A DNA stretch of 60,148 nt, the filler included, from Dimargaris cristalligena (lineage: Eukaryota): the NCBI GenBank assembly GCA_003614675.1. It is 6 parts of 6 records of this genome, joined end to end, with 100 filler letters (N's around TTAATTAATTAA, not from the genome) between each part and the next. Parts side by side here need not be neighbours in the genome. Positions count along the whole stretch, not along the records: positions 40,213 to 50,132 come from ML003220.1; positions 50,233 to 60,148 come from ML003221.1; 4 more parts are not named here. The stretch is one strand, 5' to 3'. The stretch's first letter is position 1. The number at the start of each line of letters is the position of its first letter. The notes beneath the pieces are model-generated. The model searched no databases. It saw only the letters and a program-made list of their open reading frames with translations, and was not told the origin of the DNA. The translations under genes and the position numbers were made by a program. This document shows, one piece after another, positions 47,524 through 59,280 of this stretch.

Positions 47524-49349
47524 ATGTCGTACGACCAAAGCCGTAGTGAGAACCCTGGCAAGGACGCCGCCAGTACCGTTATTGTCGGTAAGTAGAGCCA
47601 ACTCCCTCCCTTACCCTGACCTATCCGTTTTCCCGTCGTCCGTGGCCCTTTGGCCACATCCAGCAGCACCCCATTCACACCCTCACTCTTCTTGCCCAGT
47701 TCCACTTCCAACGTCGGCGGTATGCCATATGTGATGTATCTAACCCCGCGATTGGCTCCTTTGTATTTACCACCCCGCCCAACCTGTCTTTGGCGTATCC
47801 ATTCCCACCTCTCTTACGCTCTCTAACAGTGATTGGCGCGTCCGGCGACTTGGCCAAAAAGAAGACCTACCCGGCCCTGTTCGGCCTCTTCCGCAACGGC
47901 TTCCTGCCCGACCGGGTCCACATCATTGGTTACGCACGCAGTAAGCTGGACAAGGAGGCCTTCCGCGCCCGCATCACCTCCGAGAAACTCAAAGATGCTC
48001 CCAAAGAACAGCTGGCCCAGTTCCTCGACATTTGCGACTATGTCAGCGGCCAATACGGCAGCGCCGACGATTTCGGTACCCTGAACAAGGTGATTGAGCA
48101 TCACGAGGCCCGCTTCCTGGATCAGGCCAAACAAACCAACTCTGGCGTCAACAACGACCGCCGGGTCCGCGTTTTCTACATGGCCACCCCGCCCTCGGTC
48201 TTCGTCCCTGTGGCCAAGAGTATCAAGGCCGGCGCCTATTCCCCCGACGCCCACAACCGCATCGTCATTGAAAAGCCCTTTGGCCGGGACCTGGCCACCT
48301 CCCGCCAATTCTCCGAAGAATTCACCCAGCTGTACCGCGAAAACGAAATCTACCGCATCGACCACTACCTGGGTAAGGAGATGGTCAAGAACATGCCCAT
48401 TATTCGGTTCGCCAACCTGTTCTTCGAATCCATCTGGAATCGCGAGCACATTGATAATGTCCAAATCACCTTTAAAGAGGCCTTTGGCACCCAGGGGCGC
48501 GGCGGCTACTTTGACGAATACGGTGTCATTCGGGACGTGATGCAGAACCATATGGTCCAAATGCTGTGCGTCATGGCCATGGAAAAGCCCCGTTCCCTCG
48601 ATGCCGATGACGTGCGTTCGGCCAAGGCTGACTTGCTGCGCTCGATCCCGCCCATCAAATTGGAGGACGTAATTCTGGGGCAATACACCGCCAGCGCCGA
48701 CGGCAAAGAGCCCGGTTACACGGACGACAAGACCGTTCCCGAGGGCTCCCTCTGCGCCACCTACGCTAGCATGGTTCTTTTTATTAACAACGAGCGCTGG
48801 CGGGGCGTGCCGATTATTATGAAGGCCGGTAAAGCCATGGACGAAGCTAAAGTGGAAGTCCGCGTCCAATTCAAGGACGTCACCGACCCTTTGTACCAAA
48901 ACATCGCCCGTAACGAACTGATTGCCCGGGTGGGCCCTACGGAGGCCGTGTACCTCAAAATCATGAACAAACGCCCCGGCCTCGTCAACGAACCCGTCAT
49001 TTCCGAGCTCGACTTGTCCTACCGGCGCCGTTACTCCGACGCTAAAATCCCCGAAGCTTATGAGGCCCTTCTCCTCGAAATTTTGGCCGGGGATCAGAGT
49101 CACTTTATTCGCGGGGACGAGCTCGACGCCGCTTGGGAGATCTTCACCCCCCTATTGCACCAAATCGAAAACGAAAAAATTAAGCCCCGTCCGTATGCCT
49201 ACGGAACGCGTGGGCCCGAGGGGGCCGATGACTTCATCCAGAAATACGGGTACAAACGTCGGTCCCAGGCTTACCACTGGCCCACCGACCTGGGCCGTCC
49301 CATCCAGGAAGTGGCCAAGGAATACGCCGAAAAGAATCTCAAAAGCTAA
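47524..49349 (+). CDS. ZWF1: Glucose-6-phosphate 1-dehydrogenase (527 aa, 2 exons)
   Basis: Exon 1 47524-47587, intron 47588-47829 (GTAAGT...CTAACAG), exon 2 47830-49349. Motifs VIGASGDLAKKK, EKPFG, RIDHYLGKE, RGGYFD, DVMQNH. Confidence 0.97.
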
Positions 49350-50050
49350 GCTATGAATGATGACGACCCCTTCTTTTCATTGATTTTTTTTTTCGTTCGT
49401 TCTTTTGGGCACGAGGGTGGTTCAACAGTGTGGAGCCCTGTCCCATCACCCCATTTTACCCCACCCTCGAACTTACGTCGTATTCCTCTGGTGAGAGTCC
49501 CTCATGTCTATGAATTGATGGTGCGTGGGGAGCTCTGGGCGGAAATTGGGTATCATATTGCCAAATTCCCAGTTGGGGTGTTCTGGTCGATCTCATTGGG
49601 GGCCCCATTCTCTCCGTCAAACCATGGCTAATCTCACATCATTGTCAACAAATCTTTAAACTAGCCCAACCCCATCCGATTCCGGTTTTTTAAATACGAC
49701 CCACCATACTGATATATTGGGGGGCGTCGCTCTGAAGGGCTTCAATAACTGGCTGGATAGCTATTACAAACAATTATAATAAACGCGAAGAAAAAAAAAT
49801 ACTTTATTTTGAGGGTTGACTCTTCGATTTAATAGCAACGCTTCCAGCTGGAGAATCCTGCCAAGCCATCCTTAGAACCCACCAGGCCCCACTAAGAACT
49901 CTTTAATATTAGTGATTTGACTGAGTATAGCCATCTAATTCTGGAAGCAAAGCCCGATGAGAAGGGTGAAATAAACTAATCTGGGGGAAATTATGTAGTG
50001 CTGCAAAGTGCAGAATCGGGAAAGTTTATTCGTTATCCTTTTTACTTGTT

Positions 50051-50121
50051 TATCTGGGAGAAGTTCATCCAAGCTGTATAACGAAAAATCCATTTGATGA
50101 GGCAAGTACTACTGGTTGAAA
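50051..50121 (+). mobile_element. MITE family copy 5 (left half, near contig end)
   Basis: TGGGAGAAGTTCATCCAAGCTGTATAACGAAAAATCCATTTGATGAGGCAAGTACTACTGGTT aligns with 16870-16932. Confidence 0.75.
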
Positions 50122-50132
50122 ATAAACATTCA

Positions 50133-50232
50133 NNNNNNNNNNNNNNNNNNNNNNNNNNNNNNNNNNNNNNNNNNNNTTAATTAATTAANNNNNNNNNNNN
50201 NNNNNNNNNNNNNNNNNNNNNNNNNNNNNNNN
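50133..50232. other. Artificial contig spacer
   Basis: N44-TTAATTAATTAA-N44. Confidence 0.99.
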
Positions 50233-50569
50233 ATGTCAAAATATAGTAACTTAATCGACTTGCTCGATGGCTCGTCGGAAAATCGGCTAATATATTCATG
50301 GTTGGCTATGTAGCCTCCCCTATTTACCAATCCATCACCGGATGAGAAAAACAATGGACACTGCCTCTTCTGTGTAGAACTTAATGAAAGTTTTTGGTGA
50401 AATGTAATATTTTCGACTATACTAACCATGTCTACTAGTACCAGCGATTAAGCGGCGCTGCCATCACAACTAGTATACGGCCCAAGTCAACTCCGAAACG
50501 ATTAAACAGCCATGGAAACCTTACCAAACGATATAACTTCCGGTAAAACACGACAGCAGTTTTATCAGA

Positions 50570-50900
50570 CGTGTGATTATCGACTTGGGCTTCATTATAA
50601 CCCTGGCTACTTTTATCGGGATTCCCATACTTTGGCCCGGCATCTTATCTCACGACACCATCGCCGAGTAAGGCAGGTCCAGTCTTCTTGTATTCTAGAG
50701 GTGGGTGAAAACGGCCGCCACCGATTTTATTTTTACCCTATATTGATAGATATCCTTCAGTGGAAGGTTTTAAGGTGGACACAACCGACCAATGCTGGGT
50801 TGAACTATATCTCCCCTTTTGCAGGTATATCCCATCACTATGGGTCGCATCTACTGCCATGACCATCATCTATTAGTGAATAGTTCTCATTTATCATCAG
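50570..50900 (+). pseudogene. Possible decayed multi-pass membrane protein gene
   Basis: Hydrophobic frame VIIDLGFIITLATFIGIPILWPGIL... continues in frame across a GT-AG intron-like segment (50701-50824) into RYIPSLWVASTAMTIIY**IVLIY, with several stops. Confidence 0.25.
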
Positions 50901-53900
50901 TCCCAAAACAATGATTACCACGCTTACCCACTGCCAGTCGAGGGAGTCAGACATTCTTTGGGCCCTCTGCACTCGTGTCTGCACATGGTTAATCGCGTAC
51001 TGTCGGGGTAAAATGATAGCTAATGTAGATACAGCGATGATATTGACGAGTAGGCCGGTTTGGCCCAAGAATCGCGCGAAAGGAATTCGAGGAATTCTTC
51101 ACATGCTATAAGGAACAAGATCCATGCCACTTATCTGCCCATATATTTATTCACGGGTCAACCCGCTATTCCGGCCATCGCCTTCACCACTATAGATGCC
51201 TTGAAATTGTTAATGTATGTGTGCTATATTGCATCAATAGGACGGCCACAGGAGTAGGTGAATGCTATTGGCTGGGATTTATGGACTGGATAATTTAGGG
51301 ATATTAAGTGTAATCATACATCACTGGATATCCACTTAAGGAGGCTTATCTGGCTTTGGCTGATTGAATGCAATACCCAATATTGTTGACCTATGGGGTT
51401 GCGGTAACCTACTATAGAAAACGAATGAAACCCACCTTGCCCCAACAAATTGGACTTGAATATCTACAATAAGCAACATTGCTATTCTTAGGCATATCTA
51501 AAATATCAGCAGTTACTGGTAGTTTGAGATGACAGGCACATTTTCTTATAATAATACAATTATAATAACCACCACCCTTTTCTGAGTTTGTGGGTTTAGT
51601 ACTTTGTCACTATAAATACATCAATTACAGAAACCACTTTGGTTAAATAACCTCACAGGCCCTTCTTTTGGCCTTGCTCTGTATCAAAATAACCTTAATG
51701 CCGACTAGGACCACGCTGAGCCAGCTAATCTGATGTATTAATACGAAATCCTTTTCACATGACTCTACTGAATGATGCCGTATTGTAACATTGCAATCCC
51801 TCATTACACCCAGTCAACAACATTAGATCCTGCCGTTTATCCTCAAGCATTAGTCCAAAATCTATTCCCAGTCCCACCATGCAAACATTAGTCGAGTACA
51901 CTCTCAGTGCTATGCCTTATAAAAGGGTGGGTAACTACAACACATGAATTATAGTCATCTAATCATGACATCTCTTCACAACAGTTTCCTGCCTATGTTG
52001 TATCAATTATATCCCTTTTGGACAAACCCAACAAAAGGCCACCATGGCCCCACTTGCTCTACTTTTGCCAGTACGCAGTGGGTGGTCATCCCCTCACATA
52101 GCGTCTGGTCAACCTTATGCACCTTTGGTTTGTTCTTCTGGTTTATATGATTGGTATCTTCAAATCCCACAGCCATATCGCTTATTTTGCTGAACTCTGA
52201 AAAAGAACCCTCGAAATCTATATGGCTTGGCCATTTATAAATTGGTAGAGTATATCTAGTATACCCACCGGATATAATTCCCGAAGTCTATATTGAAATA
52301 TCAGACAGCTATTATATATCTATAAATACTGATACTATAGCTCGAACTGCAGGTAGATCTACTACCCAATATAACGATCAAAACTAGGCCCAATTCTTTT
52401 GTGGAGGCGATTCATACTAGCAGTTTTAAAGTGACCTATTCTCTAATTATGCTCACCTAATTTGATAAGTGTTTGGCGCCTGGTAAACTTGTCCGAGGTG
52501 GATATCCCATTTTATTCGTTGTAATAGTCTGTATAGCATTGGTACTGGTGGTGATAAAATAGGAATGTGAGCTCATTCCGAATATATTTACCTTTTTACC
52601 AAAGTGCCAACTAGGATAATTGTCAGGATTTTTATTCATTAGACTAGGTCAGGTGCGTTCATCACTATTTTGGTTGAATATGGTAGCTATTTATATATGT
52701 TTCTCTTTACATCCAAATATACGCATATATATATATATGTATAATGTGGCCATAGCTGAATTTGGAAATGTGTGAGCCCTTGATATAAAGTGAACCACCC
52801 ATGGTACGCTATATGTCTCTGGGTGCACATCCCCCTTTCACGCTGCCTTCGTATATGAGTGCCGTCTCAATGTATCCACGTTTAGTCAAATTCATACCAT
52901 TGGTCAGCTGTACACACAAACCGACTAATCTAAAAATAGGGCTGGGATGCTGCTATTCGAATCGGGACGGGAACAAAGATGCAAGGTTGCCATTGGGTAC
53001 GCCGGCCGATAAAAATACACCGGATTTACCCCTCTGATCAACATTATTCGATTATCCACCAATTAGCCTCGCTAACCGAGAGGCGCCATTTCCTAGAATT
53101 GAGCGGCTCCAATAGAAGATAGTGACATAGGTGCCGTTTACATGCTTGCCCTTTCCCTCTTTCGCTGTATTTACCCGGTCTGTCCTGGCGTAAAATCGAT
53201 GCCGGCAATTACGACAGACCCTAAAAATAACGTGCGTGAGAGACGCTGCTGATTACACGAATGGGTAAAACAGTGTATCCAGATTCTTTGTCGATATTTC
53301 TATATATAGACCGAATATAGGGGGCGTACACTGACAGCCTATAGAAGGTTACAGCTAGTGGCCGCAACCACGACCTCCGCCCACTTGGGCTAAGGAATGA
53401 TATACCCTGATAAAAAACTAGACTTTCTAAATGGCGTTCGCTCCATTTAAGATTGGAATCAGGCGTTTGGAGTGACGATGATGGCAGGGAGGCGCAGCGA
53501 ACTAATAATAGTCGGGTACTGTGAAGTGGCGGATCCATCTATTTCCATCAGCGTAGAACTGAAGTTTCTGGCAAGATACCATCGGCTGTTATTCCATTGA
53601 AGTCGAACGGGTAGATGGAAGGAGGTGCCCAACTGCTGCTCACGTAATATTCCCCATCCGAGACGGAGCCTGGCCATTGTCTGGGCCGTGGTGAGAAACA
53701 CCCACAGAACTAACAATAGGGTGACTAGTCAAATTAGGCGATTCTACCCACCAGCCCTGATGCTGTAAAAGGACTGCCAAGCGGGATTTGCGGAACTCAT
53801 CGCCATTATAAGGGCAATAAAACGGACTTCCCGGATCAACTCGCCTGTATGAGGACGAAACAGACAGTGGCCAGGGTGATGTTCAGGTGGGCCATCAGGA

Positions 53901-55565
53901 AAGACCGATTTGGAGTGGCAACTGACAGCGCTGACCCTGTCAATCGGTCAATGGAAAGCTGTAACAAATGAGCGCGTACAAGATTCCTTATGATAGCAGC
54001 ACAGGGGCTAAGGAGCGATGGGAGTGGAGAGCCCGTCAAGGGAGTGACCCTGCTGGTGTAGCAAATTGGTGAGCAAATCCTTGCAGTTACCTTGACGATG
54101 GATCCCCCCAGGACAGCCCAATTGGTCGCCTTGCCTTGCCTGAGGAACACATCCAACTGGCAAAACCGATATAACTCAATAAAATCGGTGGCTCATTGCA
54201 TCCATTTAATTTATGGGTGCAGATAACCTCTTGCTCAGAGCCATCTTAAGGAGTGAATAGGGTGGATCTTTAACCAGTGATTACGGGGCGGCCTGGTAAC
54301 CCTGTTTTATGCGTGGCAAGAACAATACCGGGTCAACAATAGAACCCGCCCCATCACCTCATGGCTATTGTTGGCTCAAGCCGGATGAGATGGTGGGAGA
54401 ATAGGGTGGGGTGGTGGTGGTTGACACTAATGCCCTCGCCAAATTTTGTTACCCCCTGGGGCAATCACCACCATACCGTACCGCACTGCGCTGTGCAGTC
54501 GGGCAAAGCAGTCTCATTCAGTCTATTCACCCTGGCAATGGCAACAATCGGATTAGTGGGTGAATTATTGACGCAACCTAAACCTTGGGCCTCCAGCGGT
54601 AGACCCAACCAAACCAAGGCTGGTGTGGTGTAGTGCTGGGTTGAATGTTTCCCGTATTTCCTTTGGGCCGCCAATACTTGATTATGATAGGCGTGAGACG
54701 TGGGATTATTGGGATAGGCCATGGTGCCCCCAATATTTTTGCAGCACCACAGCTATGCCAAAAAAATAATGGGTTGACTGGTTATTTTTCGTGAATACAT
54801 ACCACCATCATCATTTGGCTAGGATTTCCTATCCAATGGTAAGCTCCGCTTGAATTATCTTGGTGACTATTTTTAAACCACTGACCAAGGCGGAAATATA
54901 GCTCATAAAGACCTGAAAGAGGGGCCGCTATCGAAAAATAATGGAGGGATGACGATGGTCCCCACTTGCAAACCAATACTTGACCCTTGGCCTGTGGTAA
55001 TGAAAGAGTAAAATAACGAACTGCTAGAGGGAAACAAATGCAAAGGGATGGTCATATTGACGAGGCTAGGTGCCGTCTTTTCCTACGGGAGGATGGGGGG
55101 TATGTTCAGTCAAAGCTGTTGGGCTACCAGAGCAGTGGGAGGCAGGGCCTGATGGTTCCGGGGGCAGGTTAAAGGCAGACAGCACAAGTGTACCGGGCCT
55201 AGAGGTAGCCCAGGAGGAGGTAAAGTACAGCCGTTTAAAACGGCCCCAGTCAACTGGAAAAATAAGCAGGCAATTCCCGACGCGAGAGAGAAATGAGGCC
55301 CGAGTATAATGGAAATGGTATAGCCAGTCCATTGTCTCGACAGCGCAGTTTATAATAATAGAAATGCAGCTGGAATAATGGGCACTGGTAAGTACATTCT
55401 TCCTTTTTCACTGGTCCCTTCTCCCTCCCCCAATATCCCTCGCTTTCCTTTTTTTGCGTTGCAGGGGGGGCGGCGGTGAGGTGGATCCGGTTGTTTTGTG
55501 AACTGGTCCATCCTTCATTGATGGGTGGCATTGAGGGAAGGATGGAAAGGTCCCGTGAACCGCCC

Positions 55566-55572
55566 TATAAAA
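55566..55572 (+). promoter_or_regulatory. Putative TATA box of the GPI-protein gene
   Basis: TATAAAA followed by a pyrimidine-rich leader and a canonical donor G|GTAAGT at 55910. Confidence 0.45.
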
Positions 55573-56841
55573 ACCGCCGGCCGCCCTTCCCCTCCCCTAT
55601 GCTAACATCTCGGTCTTCATTAATCATTAATTCTTCGCCGTTGGGTATTTGCCCTTTCCCTCCTCCTTCTCCTTTTAGATTCAATTACCCTTCGTACCCT
55701 GGGCAAACCCCTCGTAGTGACGATATATCATCTACCAGCCTGCGTCCATCCTCCCTCGCTTAACTGTTAATAATCCGACCCCAGCGACTTTAGCTAACTC
55801 GTCCACTTCGCAATCCACCCAGTTTCACCTTATCATCGTCGTCCATTTGGCCCACTTTAAACTTTCAACCGATAACCTACTTCGGCTGCTCCGTCCCTGC
55901 AAATACCGGGTAAGTGCCAAATGCTCGCTGGAAACGCACTTGTCTGCATCTAAGAATACATAGGTTTCTATCCAGGCCGCATAGCCTCCGCATTGGGAGA
56001 CCAGGGGTGTTGGGTCTATCTTCCGCTTTCAAACATGAGCGGGCGGCTCTTTCGTGTGGTTTTCCCCTTGCCTAAACCTACCATGGTTACTATTAAACAA
56101 GGAGGAAGGGAATTTTCGTCATCAGCGACCTCGCACCCGTTTGGTTCGGGGGTATTTCTCCTCTCCTTGACTCCACCCAACCCCTGTCCATCCTCATCGG
56201 GGGTCTCAGACCACCGGTGGTGTGTCTATATGGTGAGGGGAGGGGGAGAGGTTCAGGGGGAGCTTGCCGGAAGGTTTCTCTTCTTTTTCTGGACCAGTCT
56301 GCATGGGAGGAGATTAGGGTGGATGTGTTCCCCCATAGGCTCAGACACCCCTGAACGAAGAAGGGGGTTTGGCCTGGTTGGCTGATACACTCGGAGAATA
56401 GTCTCAGGCGGTTTACTGGAACCGACTGTTGACTTACTTCACCAAGACGTCAGCCCAATTGCTGTCAACGGGCTACCTATATTGTCTCCCCTGATCAACA
56501 CCCCTTGCCCAGATTTACTCCGACCTAACGGTTTAGCCCAGACTTGGTGTTATTTATAGGGGTGGTGTGTCTGTACCACTTGGATTTTGGTCATAAAGGC
56601 CTTGCCAGTCCACCAACGACCGCACCACCTTTCGCTAGTTGATCTATTGTCGATTATTTACCCCATCGCTGGTTACTGCCTTGCTGATTTTGGTTGATTT
56701 ATCATCCCCACCGTTACTCTATTCCCTAACGTTTAGTTCGTGCATCCACTTCCTAAATCTTCCTTTATATTATTGTGTCAAATTAGGTACATACTCTCGA
56801 ACTCCCCCCCCCTCCGCTTACTGAATCTTAGCACCAGCGCT

Positions 56842-58257
56842 ATGAAGACCACTATTTTGGTATTAGCCATGGCCGTTATGGCCGCTTCCGCCGCTGCGCG
56901 ACCCGAGGATGCCGAGACCACCGTGCTCCCCTCCCCGCAACACATTGGACAGGTCCTACCTAAACACAACCTGTTCCGTCGCGCGGACCCGACTGAAAGC
57001 ACCGACGAATCTAATAATGTAAGTGATGGAAGTCCAATTAATACAGTCGAAGGGACCAGTCCCCCTAGTGTCCCGGTTGAAATAATTCCAACGGGCGATA
57101 ATACAGATACTGGTGCAGGGTCGAGCGCTGTTGAGGGCGGTAATTCTATTCAGTCGCCATTTATCCCGCCATCTCTTCCCACTGCCGCAACCCCAGATTC
57201 TGCCACAGCTGTCCCTTCGGCTCCGATCAGCGATATCCAGCCTTCCTCACTCCCCGCCCCTTCTCTACCACCCCCTAATTCCCTCCCTTCGGCTGCCACT
57301 GATGGTGCTAATGATGGTGGGACGTCGCAGCCCGCTCCGTCGTCTCTGCCTTCCGAGCCTGCAGTTGATGAGCCCTCCTCCTTTCCTCCTACTGATCCGC
57401 CTACTGAACAACCCCCTGCTACTGTTACCGATCCTGCTCCTTCCCCTTCTTCCCCTTCTGATACGGCGCCGTCTCCTCCGCCGTCGCCTGTCCCCACCTC
57501 CCAGATGCCGTCACCGGCCCCATCTGGCTCTGAACCTTCATCCGACCCTCCTAACCCCACTCCTGCACCCTCTTCACCTGCTTCTCCTTCTTCACCCGCC
57601 TCCAATGACAATCAAAATACGGATACTCAGCCCCCCGCCTCGGAGGACAATAGTGACCCCGCTACCGAGCCTTCGCCCGAACCCACCAATACCGACAACC
57701 CTCAGCCCGAAACCTCTGAGCCCCCTCCGGCCACTTCCGATCCCCCACCGGTCACTTCCAATCCCCCGCCGGCTACCTCTGAGCCTCTGCCAGCCACCTC
57801 TAACCCCCCGCCAGCCACTAGCGAACAGCCCACTTCACCGCCTGAGACCCAGGCTACTGAGGCCCCGTCTCAGTCCGAATCCCCCCCTCCCCCGGCTACC
57901 TCCGATGACAGCCCTACCGAGCCCCCACCAGCCACTCAGACGGATGAAAACTCTCCTTCCCCAGCCACTTCTGAGGAACCCTCGCCCGAACCGACTAGCG
58001 ACGATGTCCCTACCACTTTCTCCAGCCCTGAGGAGAGCAGCAGCTGGGCCGAAATTATCAGCAGCCGCTCACGTCTCACCGTGGTGCAGACGGCGACTCG
58101 TCAGCTCACTACTAATAGCCGGTCTACCCGCACGCAAACCTCATTCGATACTAGCGCGGATGAGGACAGTGGTGCTGCCGGTCTGGGGGCTTTCTCCATT
58201 GGTTCCGCAGGTCTCTACACCGTTGGTGGTCTCCTGCTGGGCTGGCTTGCTCTCTGA
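56842..58257 (+). CDS. Secreted, GPI-anchored Pro/Ser/Thr-rich (mucin-like) cell-surface protein (471 aa)
   Basis: ATG at 56842 gives signal peptide MKTTILVLAMAVMAASAAA; dibasic FRR|AD site; acidic PST stalk; C-terminal DSGAAG followed by hydrophobic tail LYTVGGLLLGWLAL. Confidence 0.85.
   Translation: MKTTILVLAMAVMAASAAARPEDAETTVLPSPQHIGQVLPKHNLFRRADPTESTDESNNVSDGSPINTVEGTSPPSVPVEIIPTGDNTDTGAGSSAVEGGNSIQSPFIPPSLPTAATPDSATAVPSAPISDIQPSSLPAPSLPPPNSLPSAATDGANDGGTSQPAPSSLPSEPAVDEPSSFPPTDPPTEQPPATVTDPAPSPSSPSDTAPSPPPSPVPTSQMPSPAPSGSEPSSDPPNPTPAPSSPASPSSPASNDNQNTDTQPPASEDNSDPATEPSPEPTNTDNPQPETSEPPPATSDPPPVTSNPPPATSEPLPATSNPPPATSEQPTSPPETQATEAPSQSESPPPPATSDDSPTEPPPATQTDENSPSPATSEEPSPEPTSDDVPTTFSSPEESSSWAEIISSRSRLTVVQTATRQLTTNSRSTRTQTSFDTSADEDSGAAGLGAFSIGSAGLYTVGGLLLGWLAL
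57712..57831 (+). repeat. 21-nt coding tandem repeat, TS(E/D/N)PPP(A/V) x5-6
   Basis: TSEPPPA TSDPPPV TSNPPPA TSEPLPA TSNPPPA TSEQP. Confidence 0.85.
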
Positions 58258-59280
58258 GCTGTTTCACCTTTCGGCAATCTGGCCGATCCTTTGTTCCGCG
58301 GACTATCGCTGTAGTGAGGAACAGTCCCCCCTTCGATCGATTCGATTTTATGATCAACCGATTTTTTATTATTTTTATTACTGGATTTGCAAGGTCCCCT
58401 TATTGACTGTCACCGTAGCGCCCTGTACATTCATTGCCGCGCACTCTATACCAATGGGTAATCTTTTTTTCCCCAAGTATTCTTATTCAATCTTTGCCCT
58501 TCACCCACTGGAACAGGGATGCGTTCCGTATTCGTGATCATCCTTCCAGCTTAACAACAGCTGGAAAGACTCGCCCTAACTGACTGGGTTATCTCTTACA
58601 GGGTTATATATATTTTTTTATTACAATTCTTGCGGCCCCTTGGCTCCGTACCATTATTAACTGAAGTATATACACCTTGGTTTTCCTTGGGTCGTTTGTA
58701 TCTACCCCCCCCCATCTGTACCCTATGCTCTTTATTTCTTCGCGTTTATCCTATCCGATAAAATCAAAATATTCATTACCATCTTAAATCAGAGTGATCT
58801 TGCTCTATATTAAATATATTTATAAATCTGCGGTATATTTCAAGAAGATCACAATCGTCCAAACTGGGCTTAAAGCGACTACAAATTATGCTGATATATT
58901 AAACGAAAATGCCTAATTTCAGAACGCATAGTGAGTGGCACCCCTAGAAATCCGCAATATACCACTACATTAGAGGCTTGGATATGCTTTACCATGGGCA
59001 GCTGGGCCAAGGCCGTGAAAAAAAAATGGTACTAGTTGCTAATCTGAGAATTAGTTATACTTTAGATGGATTTGAGGTCGCTGGATGATTGATGTGTTGA
59101 TTCCATGGAAACAGCCCAGGGCCAGAAGTACCAGTTTAGATATTTTTTTTATATGAGCTGATTGTCTTTTCCTTCAGCTTTCTAATTTATCATTTCCATT
59201 TATGATTCTGGTTATTATTGATGAAGTTATAAGCCATTGAAGTCAATGGTAATTTTAACCCATAACAATTAACTACTTCA

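Noticed and set aside
47790-47829. ORF-track TTG start of G6PD (likewise the GTG start of RNR1 at 44710)
   Set aside because: True ATG-bearing exons lie upstream across canonical introns.
47823-49103. 426-aa antisense ORF over G6PD, and similar ORFs opposite RNR1, DES1 and SLD1
   Set aside because: Shadow ORFs caused by strong C/G-ending codon bias; no motifs.
9968-50232. TTAATTAATTAA recurring every ~10 kb as a biological periodic repeat, and gene clusters spanning the gaps
   Set aside because: It is a six-frame-stop linker between size-sorted contigs; cross-gap neighbourhoods are artefacts.
57113-58537. 474-aa Leu/Pro/Arg-rich alternative-frame ORF
   Set aside because: Off-frame reading of the Pro/Ser-rich repeat gene; starts at GTG and has no independent signal.
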